Source of the DNA: an uncultured Planctomycetaceae bacterium
Lineage (GTDB): Bacteria; Planctomycetota; Planctomycetia; Pirellulales; PALSA-1355
Reading direction: 5' to 3'
DNA: 64,000 bases
Assembly: GCA_963785305.1 (NCBI GenBank)
Contig: CAWAUV010000004.1
Location: forward strand, 384,001-448,000
The position numbers were made by a program, and so were the translations under genes. The notes beneath the pieces are model-generated. The model searched no databases, was not told the DNA's origin, and saw nothing but the letters and a program-made list of their open reading frames with translations. How positions within the stretch are numbered: the first letter of the stretch is position 1; the number at the start of each line of letters is the position of its first letter. This document shows, in pieces, positions 41,311-49,769 of this stretch.

Positions 41311-42684
41311 GTGCGATGGCATTCCTTGGGTTACGTCGCTTTTTTCGGCTTCGTGGGCCTGTGCCTCGCGATCGCGCCGCCCGCGCCCTTCATATCGAGC
41401 TCGGGCGGTTGCTTCCGTCAGCAGCAGGTGGGTGGTGTGTCGATCGACCCGAGCGGCGTGCTGAAGAACACGACGGTCGACGAGCGTGGCGAGATCAAGC
41501 GGGAGCTTGAAAAGGCATTGCATCAAGCGCCGGGCGACATGGCGGGACATGTCGAGCTGCGCAAGATATCACTGCGTGGCCTCGAAGCCGCGATCGCCGA
41601 GTCGCTCAAGACCGGCGCGGCCCTGCCCGACGAGGTGCTGTACTTGGCGGGCATGCAGCGCGTTCGCTATGTGTTCGCCGTGCCCGAGGAACAAGATGTG
41701 ATACTGGCCGGTCCGGCCGAAGGCTGGCGCGTGGGCCCGGGGGGCGACGTGGTGGGCGCGAACAACTCGCAGCCGGTGATGCTGCTCGACGATCTGCTCT
41801 CGGCCCTCCGCACGGTCGACGCGGCGCGGCAGGGCGGGCTAAGCTGCTCGATCGACCCGACTCCCGAAGGCATGCGGCGGCTCCAACCGGTGGTGAGTCA
41901 AGCGGCGTCGATTCCGACTCCCGACGAAGCCTCGGCCTCGGAGCGTGCCTCGGAGTTCGAGGAAGCGCTGGGTCCGCAAACCATTACGGTCTGGGGCGTC
42001 GACCCGCGGAGCCACTTTGCCCGGGTGATGGTGGCGGCCGACTATCGCATGAAGCGCATCGCGATGGGCTTCGAGCCGGCGCCGATTCGCGGATTGCCGA
42101 GCTATCTGTCGATGGTCAAGGGCAACGGTCGTGGAATGCAGAACATGATGCCGCGGTGGTGGCTGGCGACGAATTATGAAGGCGTGCTCGAAGCGCCGGA
42201 CAAGATGGCGTTCGAGATTCGCGGGGCCGGCGTGAAGTGCCTGGTTGAAGAAGAATTTCTCGATGCCCAGGGCAAGCGTCAGGGCTCTGGCAAGGCCAGC
42301 GCCCCGGCCAAGCAGTGGGCGACGGCGATGACCAATAAGTTCAACGAACTCTCGGCCAAGGAAGCGATCTTCGGCCAGCTTCGCAACTGCATGGACTTGG
42401 CCGTGACCGCGGCCCTCATCTCGAAAGAACATCTGTTCGAGAAAGCCGGCTGCCAAACCCCGCTCCTGCTGAGCGGCTCCGACTTGCCCACCGCCCAGTT
42501 CAATGCCCCCAAGCATGTGGCCAGTCAAGCGTCGCTCTTGCGTAAATCGTCGAGCTTCGTGATCACCGTCTCCGGCGGCGTGGAGGTCGACTCCTGGGGA
42601 GTGCTCAAGAAGACCGAGCCAAGCGAAAAAGTGGCGGCGGTGCGTGGCTCGCTGGGAAAACGCAAAAGCTGGTGGTGGGATTGA
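41311..42684 (+). CDS. DUF1598-like secreted planctomycete protein, copy 1
   Basis: VGGVSID, LRKISL, ILAGPAE, CSIDP, ADYRMKR, PRWW, LRNCMDL, SGGV. RBS aggagg. Confidence 0.8.
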   Translation: MRWHSLGYVAFFGFVGLCLAIAPPAPFISSSGGCFRQQQVGGVSIDPSGVLKNTTVDERGEIKRELEKALHQAPGDMAGHVELRKISLRGLEAAIAESLKTGAALPDEVLYLAGMQRVRYVFAVPEEQDVILAGPAEGWRVGPGGDVVGANNSQPVMLLDDLLSALRTVDAARQGGLSCSIDPTPEGMRRLQPVVSQAASIPTPDEASASERASEFEEALGPQTITVWGVDPRSHFARVMVAADYRMKRIAMGFEPAPIRGLPSYLSMVKGNGRGMQNMMPRWWLATNYEGVLEAPDKMAFEIRGAGVKCLVEEEFLDAQGKRQGSGKASAPAKQWATAMTNKFNELSAKEAIFGQLRNCMDLAVTAALISKEHLFEKAGCQTPLLLSGSDLPTAQFNAPKHVASQASLLRKSSSFVITVSGGVEVDSWGVLKKTEPSEKVAAVRGSLGKRKSWWWD

Positions 42685-42762
42685 ACGATCGGCAAGCTGT
42701 TTGGCGCCTTGATGCGGCACGAATTCGAACCTCTACGTCTTTAGTCTTTTAGGAGCTGGGCC

Positions 42763-44136
42763 ATGCGATGGCATTCCTTGGGTTATGTCGCTTTTTTCGG
42801 CTTCGTGGGCCTGTGCCTCGCGATCGCGCCGCCCGCGCCCTTCATCGCCAGCTCCGGCGGCTGTTTCGTCGCCCGGCAGGTGGGTGGTGTGTCGATCGAC
42901 CCGAGCGGCGTGCTGAAGAACACGACGGTCGACGAGCGTGGCGAGATCAAGCGGGAGCTTGAAAAGGCATTGCATCAAGCGCCGGGCGACATGGCGGGAC
43001 ATGTCGAGCTGCGCAAGATATCACTGCGTGGCCTCGAAGCCGCGATCGCCGAGTCGCTCAAGACCGGCGCGGCCCTGCCCGACGAGGTGCTGTACTTGGC
43101 GGGCATGCAGCGCGTTCGCTATGTGTTCGCCGTGCCCGAGGAACAAGATGTGATACTGGCCGGTCCGGCCGAAGGCTGGCGCGTGGGCCCGGGGGGCGAC
43201 GTGGTGGGCGCGAACAACTCGCAGCCGGTGATGCTGCTCGACGATCTGCTCTCGGCCCTCCGCACGGTCGACGCGGCGCGGCAGGGCGGGCTAAGCTGCT
43301 CGATCGACCCGACTCCCGAAGGCATGCGGCGGCTCCAACCGGTGGTGAGTCAAGCGGCGTCGATTCCGACTCCCGACGAAGCCTCGGCCTCGGAGCGTGC
43401 CTCGGAGTTCGAGGAAGCGCTGGGTCCGCAAACCATTACGGTCTGGGGCGTCGACCCGCGGAGCCACTTTGCCCGGGTGATGGTGGCGGCCGACTATCGC
43501 ATGAAGCGCATCGCGATGGGCTTCGAGCCGGCGCCGATTCGCGGATTGCCGAGCTATCTGTCGATGGTCAAGGGCAACGGTCGTGGAATGCAGAACATGA
43601 TGCCGCGGTGGTGGCTGGCGACGAATTATGAAGGCGTGCTCGAAGCGCCGGACAAGATGGCGTTCGAGATTCGCGGGGCCGGCGTGAAGTGCCTGGTTGA
43701 AGAAGAATTTCTCGATGCCCAGGGCAAGCGTCAGGGCTCTGGCAAGGCCAGCGCCCCGGCCAAGCAGTGGGCGACGGCGATGACCAATAAGTTCAACGAA
43801 CTCTCGGCCAAGGAAGCGATCTTCGGCCAGCTTCGCAACTGCATGGACTTGGCCGTGACCGCGGCCCTCATCTCGAAAGAACATCTGTTCGAGAAAGCCG
43901 GCTGCCAAACCCCGCTCCTGCTGAGCGGCTCCGACTTGCCCACCGCCCAGTTCAATGCCCCCAAGCAAGTAGACAGTCAAGCGTCGCTCTTGCAGAAGTC
44001 GTCGAGCTTCGTGATCACCGTGTCGGGCGGCGTGCAGGTCGATTCGTGGGGAGTGCTGGCCAAGACCGAGTCGAGCGACAAGGTGGCCGCGGTGCGCGAC
44101 TCGCTGGGAAAACGCAACAGCTGGTGGTGGGATTGA
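42763..44136 (+). CDS. DUF1598-like secreted planctomycete protein, copy 2 (tandem paralog)
   Basis: Same 457-aa length, 1452-bp offset from copy 1. RBS aggag. Confidence 0.8.
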   Translation: MRWHSLGYVAFFGFVGLCLAIAPPAPFIASSGGCFVARQVGGVSIDPSGVLKNTTVDERGEIKRELEKALHQAPGDMAGHVELRKISLRGLEAAIAESLKTGAALPDEVLYLAGMQRVRYVFAVPEEQDVILAGPAEGWRVGPGGDVVGANNSQPVMLLDDLLSALRTVDAARQGGLSCSIDPTPEGMRRLQPVVSQAASIPTPDEASASERASEFEEALGPQTITVWGVDPRSHFARVMVAADYRMKRIAMGFEPAPIRGLPSYLSMVKGNGRGMQNMMPRWWLATNYEGVLEAPDKMAFEIRGAGVKCLVEEEFLDAQGKRQGSGKASAPAKQWATAMTNKFNELSAKEAIFGQLRNCMDLAVTAALISKEHLFEKAGCQTPLLLSGSDLPTAQFNAPKQVDSQASLLQKSSSFVITVSGGVQVDSWGVLAKTESSDKVAAVRDSLGKRNSWWWD

Positions 44137-44140
44137 ACGA

Positions 44141-44212
44141 GCCTATCCGACAAATCCCCCTCTCCCTTTGGAAGAGGGTAGGGTGAGGGCTCGCCGAAGT
44201 TCTCGGATAGGC
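44141..44212 (+). mobile_element. Miniature inverted-repeat element, family A (copy 3)
   Basis: gcctatccga...tcggataggc, a perfect 10-bp TIR around a BoxC-like core, between convergent stops. Confidence 0.75.
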
Positions 44213-44221
44213 GGTAAGAGC

Positions 44222-45664
44222 TTACTCGACCTGATGCACGCGCACGAAGTTGTGAGAGCCGGTGCCGAGTCCCACGCCGGCGACCAGCACCAAGTGATCG
44301 CCCGGCTTGATGCGGCCGTTTTCGAGACCCCAGCCGGTCACGAACTCGAGCACTTCTTGGCTTGAAGCGGTAGGCGCCGCGGGCATGGGAATCACGCCCC
44401 AGTAGAGACACATCTGTCGTAGCGTGGTTTCGGAATCGCTCACGCCCACGGTCGGAATGAAATTCCGCTGTTTCGAAATCGCCAGCGCCGTCACACCACT
44501 GTGGCTGACCACGATATTCAGCTTGGCCGAAAGCTTGGCCGCGATTTGTCCGGCGCCGAGCACCGTGGCCCCGGTGATTGGGTGCAGCCCCTCGGGCGAA
44601 TATCCCTCGGAGGGCAGCGGCGGGCGGTCGCGAAATAGCTCTTCGGTCGCTTCGGCCACTTGGCTCATCATCTCGACCGCTTCGCGCGGGTAGAGGCCGA
44701 TGGCGGTCTCGCCCGAGAGCATGCAAGCGTCGCCGCCATCGAGAATCGCATTGGCCACGTCGGTGACTTCGGCCCGAGTGGGGCGACGCGAGTTCTGCAT
44801 GCTGTCGAGCATTTGCGTGGCCACGATCACCGGCTTTTGCCGCTTGTGGCACATTGAAATGATGCGCTTCTGCACCACGGGCATCTTGGCCACGTCGATC
44901 TCGACGCCCAAGTCGCCGCGAGCCACCATCACTCCGTCGGCCGCTTCGACGATGGCTTCGAGCTCGTCGATTGCTTCTTGTTTTTCGATCTTCGCGATCA
45001 CCTTGGCCCGCGAGCCGCGGGTGCGAAGCAGTTCCTTGAGCAGCCGCACTTCGACCGGAGTGCGGACGAAGCTGAGGCTCACGAAGTCGGCGTTCATCTC
45101 GGCGGCCCACTGGGCATGGGCCCAATCGGCTTCGCTCATCGAGGGCACGCTCAGCTTGGCGCCCGGCAAATTGACGCCCTGGCGGCTACGCACCAGACCG
45201 GCCTGAATCACGCGGCATTGCACATGCCGGGGGCCTTTTTCCTCGACCATCATGCTCACGCAGCCATCGGCCAGCATGATGAGATTGCCCACCTTCACTT
45301 CATCGACCAGCGCCTCGTAGGTGCAAATCAGTTCGTCGGGCTTGTCGCTCTGGTGGCCGCGAATGAATCGCACACTGGCGTTGGATTGCAAATCCAATTG
45401 GCCGCCAGGCAATTCGCCCAACCGAATCTTGGGGCCCGCCAGATCGACCAGAATGCCGATCGGGCGATCCAGGTCCTTGCTTACCTGGCGGATCATGCCC
45501 ACGGTTTCCGTGTGTTCCGCGAGACTGCCGTGGGCCATGTTGACGCGGAACACGTCGACGCCGGCCCATACAAGGGCCGTCAACTGGGGCACGGTGCGGC
45601 AAGCCGGCCCAATCGTGGCGACGATCTTCGTGCGGCAACGCTTCGGATGAATTTGGTTTGTCAT
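44222..45664 (-). CDS. pyk: Pyruvate kinase
   Basis: RTKIVATIGP, RVNMAHG, DLAGPKIR, AKIEK, MVARGDLG, ATQMLDSM, PTRAEVTDVAN, MLSGETA. Confidence 0.97.
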   Translation of the reverse strand: MTNQIHPKRCRTKIVATIGPACRTVPQLTALVWAGVDVFRVNMAHGSLAEHTETVGMIRQVSKDLDRPIGILVDLAGPKIRLGELPGGQLDLQSNASVRFIRGHQSDKPDELICTYEALVDEVKVGNLIMLADGCVSMMVEEKGPRHVQCRVIQAGLVRSRQGVNLPGAKLSVPSMSEADWAHAQWAAEMNADFVSLSFVRTPVEVRLLKELLRTRGSRAKVIAKIEKQEAIDELEAIVEAADGVMVARGDLGVEIDVAKMPVVQKRIISMCHKRQKPVIVATQMLDSMQNSRRPTRAEVTDVANAILDGGDACMLSGETAIGLYPREAVEMMSQVAEATEELFRDRPPLPSEGYSPEGLHPITGATVLGAGQIAAKLSAKLNIVVSHSGVTALAISKQRNFIPTVGVSDSETTLRQMCLYWGVIPMPAAPTASSQEVLEFVTGWGLENGRIKPGDHLVLVAGVGLGTGSHNFVRVHQVE

Positions 45665-46006
45665 GCAGCGGGCGCTGGGGTGGCGGGAAACGCAATCTTT
45701 TTTTGAAATCGCTTCGACCATTTCGTTCGAGCCGACGGCCCTACCCACGCGAGAGGGCGCCCTGTCACGCGGTCGGCCGGCTATGTCCGAGGGCGAACGA
45801 TGCCCGTTAAATTAGCGAACCGCCTTCGGATTGGCTAGCGCATCCGGCCAACCCTTGCGAAACATACACGCGTTGCATGCTAGCCCGCCGAAAGCTATCG
45901 TGGCGATCGGCCCGAACTGCATTTCGCATGCCGGACTCGATGTTCTCGGAGCGGCGATCAAAGATACGTCATCGCCAAGCACGCTACCTGATCGGAAACG
46001 CGTCCG

Positions 46007-46818
46007 ATGGATACAAATTTCTGGCGAGGTCGAGTCGCAATCGTCACCGGCGGATCTTCGGGCCTGGGTTTGGCCATCGCCTCGGCCCTGGCCGCCGCGG
46101 GGGCTCGGGTGGCAATCGCCGCTCGCGGGCAGGCGCGGCTCGACGAGGCCGCGGGCCGGCTGACCGCCGCCGGAGGCGAGACGCTCGCGATCGCGGCCGA
46201 CGTGACCCGCAACTCCGAGGTCAACGCCCTGGTCGAGCGCGTCGTGGGCGCCTGGGGCCAAGTCGATCTTCTGGTCAACAATGCCGGGGCTTCGGCCCGG
46301 GGCGAAGCGCTCGCCACGACTCCGGCCGATTTTCAAGCCGCGCTCGAATTGAATTTTCTTTCCGCGGTGCGTTGCACGCGGGCCGCGGCGCCATATCTCT
46401 TGGCCTCCGGCGGACATTTGGTCAACATCGGCTCGCTCGCGGCCAAGAGCGCCAGCCGCTTCATGGGCCCCTATGCCGCGAGCAAATTCGCCCTCGCTGC
46501 TTATAGTCAGCAATTGCGGCTCGAGCTCCAGCCGCGCGGTTTGCATGTGCTGCTGGTGTGTCCCGGACCGATCGCGCGGCGGGGAGCTCGCGAGCGGTAT
46601 TCCGAGGAGCAATTGGCCGCGTTGCCCGAGAGCGCCCGCCGTCCGGGGGCGGGAGTCAAGCTCAAGCAGCTCGATCCGGAGATCGTCGCGCGAAGATATT
46701 CGTGGCCTGCGAGCGCCGCGACCCCGAGTTGATCTTGCCGGCCAAGGCGCGGGCGCTGTTCGTGGTGAGCGCTCTCTCGCCACGTTGGGGCGATTGGCTC
46801 GTGCGGCGCATGACCTGA
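46007..46818 (+). CDS. Short-chain dehydrogenase/reductase (indel near ~46690)
   Basis: TGGSSGLG, LVNNAG, YAASK catalytic motif. Confidence 0.9.
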
Positions 46819-46857
46819 ATCGCGTCGCGGACTATTCGAAATGGCGAGGCGGCGCGA

Positions 46858-48190
46858 TCACTGGCCGCCGGCGCGCTCCTCGGCCAAGACGTCGCTCGCG
46901 GCCGCGATCGTGAGTTCGATGTCGGCCGTCGTGTGCGCGGCCGAAACAAACAGCGCTTCATATTGGCTGCACGGCATGTAGACTCCGCGCTCGATGAGGC
47001 CCCAGAAGAATCGCGCATCGCGCCGCGTATCGCACTGTTTGGCGATCGACCAATCCGTGACCGGGTCCGCATGGAAGAAGAGCGTCATCATGCTGCCCAC
47101 GCGGGCAATCGTGTGCGGAATTCCGGCCGCGGCGCGGTCGAGCCCAGCGGCCAGCGCGGCCGAGCTCTTTTCGAGCGCCGCGTAGGGCGGCTCGTCGGCG
47201 AGGATTTTCAGCGTGGCAATGCCGGCGGCGGTGGCCAGGGGATTGCCGCTCAGGGTGCCGGCTTGAAAGACTTTGCCCGCCGGCAAGACCTGATCCATCA
47301 CATCGGCCCGACCGCCGTAAGCGCCAAGCGGCAGCCCGCCGCCGACGATCTTGCCAAGCGTGGTGAGGTCGGGCCGAATGCCCCAGAGCGATTGCGCCCC
47401 GCCAAGCGCCACGCGAAAGCCGGTCATCACTTCGTCGAAGATCAACAGCGCGCCGTGCTTGTCGCACAGCGAGCGCATTGCCTGGAGAAATACCGCCCGG
47501 GGCACGACACAGCCCATGTTGCCCACGACCGGCTCGACGATCACGGCGGCGATCGCGGCGCCATGCTCGGCAAAAGCCGCTTCGAGCGCCGCGGCGTCGT
47601 TGTAGGGTAGCGACAGGGTGTCGCGACTCGCGCCGGCGGTCACTCCCGGCGAATCGGGCACGCCGAGCGTCGCCCCCGCGCTGCCCGCCGCCACGAGCAA
47701 GCAGTCGGCATGGCCATGATAATTGCCCGCGAACTTGATGATCTTGTCGCGGCCGGTAAAGCCGCGGGCCAGGCGAATGGCGCTCATCGTCGCCTCGGTG
47801 CCTGAATTCACGAGCCGCACGCGTTCGATGCTCGGCACGGCCGCGATGATTCGCTCGGCAAGCTCGCTTTCGGCCTCGGTCGGCGCGCCGAAGCTCGTTC
47901 CCCGCGGCGGCGCGGCCAATCGCTTCGATCACCTCGGGCCGGGCGTGGCCAAGGATCATTGGTCCCCAGGAACCGATGTAGTCGAGATAGCGGTTGCCGT
48001 CGATGTCGTGGAGATAAGCGCCGGCGCCACGCTCGAAAAAGATCGGCTCCCCGCCCACGCCGCCAAACGCGCGGGCCGGGCTGTTTACCCCGCCCGGAAT
48101 CAATCGCCGCGCGCGGGCAAACGCCGCGTGGCTCCGCGGGCGGGCGAGTGGTTTGGTCGGAGCGGAACTGCTAGCAGGTTGTGGTGCCAC
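46858..48190 (-). CDS. hemL: Glutamate-1-semialdehyde 2,1-aminomutase (indel near ~47900)
   Basis: [59 protein letters not shown]. Confidence 0.95.
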
Positions 48191-48449
48191 GAGCCAAGAT
48201 TCTCCATCCCCTTGGGGGAAAAACAAATCAGCGCGACGCCCGTCCGCGACGCGCCCGTCCGCGACGCGACGCACCGCGCGATTCCATCTTTACATGCCGG
48301 CGTGGTTCTGCGAGACTCCCGCGCCGAAAAATTCGAGCGTTCCATGTCCGGCGAAAGCAACGCCGGCCGGGAAAAGTCGAATGCGGGCGACTCGTCGAGA
48401 TCGTGCCGCTTGTACGATCCTAACACGTCTTGCCGGAGTTTTCGCCGCC

Positions 48450-48896
48450 ATGCTGTACTTTGCCAAGCCGATTCGTACTTTCTTCCCGCTGGCGATTCTG
48501 GGATTTTGGACGCTCACCGCCGCAGGTTCCGATTCCTCTTGGCTGCCAGGCGCCTCGCTGGGCTCGCCCGGCAGTTCGCTGGGCTTGCCAGGCAAGAGCA
48601 AAAGCAAGAGCAACTCGGTGGGCGTGAACCGCGCGAACAAGAAACCGAGCATGGTGAAAACGGCAAGCCGCACGCTTTCGAACATCGCTCAAACCCCGAC
48701 CGAGCTTTTGCACAAGTCGAAGAGCCTGTTGCCCGGCAGCTCGAAGCCGGTGTCGCACTCGCACAGCCGGCAGGTGTCGCGGGTGCAGAAGAAAGAAGAG
48801 AAGCCCTCGCTGCTCAAGTCGCTATTCGCGAACGAAACGCCGCCGCCGCCGCGGACCGTGGGCGAATGGATGGCGCTCAAGCGGATCGATCCCTGA
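48450..48896 (+). CDS. Secreted Lys/Ser-rich hypothetical protein
   Basis: Signal peptide, basic low-complexity body, C-terminal PRTVGEWMALKRIDP. Confidence 0.65.
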   Translation: MLYFAKPIRTFFPLAILGFWTLTAAGSDSSWLPGASLGSPGSSLGLPGKSKSKSNSVGVNRANKKPSMVKTASRTLSNIAQTPTELLHKSKSLLPGSSKPVSHSHSRQVSRVQKKEEKPSLLKSLFANETPPPPRTVGEWMALKRIDP

Positions 48897-49025
48897 TCGC
48901 GGCTGGTTTCCGCGCGATCGGATTGGCCGCGGGCCTTACGAGATCGCGACTGAAAAGGCGATAAATTGGCTTTTCGCCGCGGGATATCGCGTTTCAGCAG
49001 CTCGGTTTATGTCACTGGCGCATCG

Positions 49026-49042
49026 TTGGCGCCCGATTTGCT
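49026..49042 (+). promoter_or_regulatory. Sigma54-type promoter TTGGCGC-CCGAT-TTGCT
   Basis: Exact GG-N10-GC spacing with TTGCT, ~70 nt upstream of the 38-aa ORF. Confidence 0.65.
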
Positions 49043-49110
49043 CTTTCAGCATTGCGTGATGAGGGTTCCAAAGAACTCCACGCAAACACTTATGCGAAAG
49101 GGCAATTCAT

Positions 49111-49227
49111 ATGTTTACGTCAATCGTGATCGGCGCCGCGGGATATTCGCTCGTTTACTTGTTGGCTGGCGGCGGGCTTGGCGGCGCGGCGCTGATTTTC
49201 ATCGGCGCGAAAATGCTCGGCAAGTAA
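49111..49227 (+). CDS. 38-aa hydrophobic Gly-rich membrane microprotein (not in ORF track)
   Basis: Hand translation MFTSIVIGAAGYSLVYLLAGGGLGGAALIFIGAKMLGK*. Purine-rich RBS, promoter and downstream hairpin. Confidence 0.75.
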   Translation: MFTSIVIGAAGYSLVYLLAGGGLGGAALIFIGAKMLGK

Positions 49228-49271
49228 GCCAGGGAATTCCGCTCGCGAGCGGGAGTGCAGGCTGGAGAAAT

Positions 49272-49317
49272 TGAAACCGCCGGCGCGATCTCTCGGGATC
49301 GCGGCCGGCGATTTTCA
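49272..49317. terminator. Bidirectional terminator-like hairpin between two convergent microgenes
   Basis: tgaaa-c-cgccggc-gcgatc..gatcgc-g-gccggcg-a-ttttca. Confidence 0.65.
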
Positions 49318-49369
49318 TTGGACCTGGCTCACCGCGACGATCCGCCCAGGCGGCTCGCCGGCGCGTCGC

Positions 49370-49543
49370 CTACTTCTTTTTCAGCCGGAATTTCGTCACG
49401 TTGCGGCGTTTCTTCTTCGGCTTGGCGGCCACCGAATGACAGCGGCTGCACCGCGTGACCTGCGGATTCAGTAGGCAATTGCACTTCGTGCAGCGGCGAG
49501 TCTTGAGTTGCTGAACAAACGCGGAATGGGGTCGGGTGCGCAT
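49370..49543 (-). CDS. 57-aa basic zinc-ribbon microprotein, ribosomal eL40-like (not in ORF track)
   Basis: Hand translation MRTRPHSAFVQQLKTRRCTKCNCLLNPQVTRCSRCHSVAAKPKKKRRNVTKFRLKKK*. GAGG RBS, TACTAT -10-like box upstream. Confidence 0.75.
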   Translation of the reverse strand: MRTRPHSAFVQQLKTRRCTKCNCLLNPQVTRCSRCHSVAAKPKKKRRNVTKFRLKKK

Positions 49544-49769
49544 CGAAATCGAGCCTCAGTTCGAGGGACGCCGGCGAAATTGCGCCAGGCATAGTAATTT
49601 TGGTGGGCGTCGGGCTCTCTCGGGCCGCGACCGGGCCAACCCCACGGAGCGGGGCAGCGCCAAACAAAACAATTTATCCGCTAATCCGCGCCGGGGAAAC
49701 CCTAATTCGCTTTTTTTCGACCGGCTTGCCCGGCCGCGCCCTTCTTGCCGAGCCGCCGCCACGACCTTT

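Noticed and set aside
41311..44136. Diversity-generating retroelement (TR/VR pair) explanation for the duplicated gene
   Set aside because: Differences are not adenine-specific, many are synonymous, both copies are full genes, and no reverse transcriptase is present in the window.
48232..48272. Short cgcgacgcgcccgtc tandem repeat upstream of hemL
   Set aside because: Two to three low-complexity GC units with no further structure.
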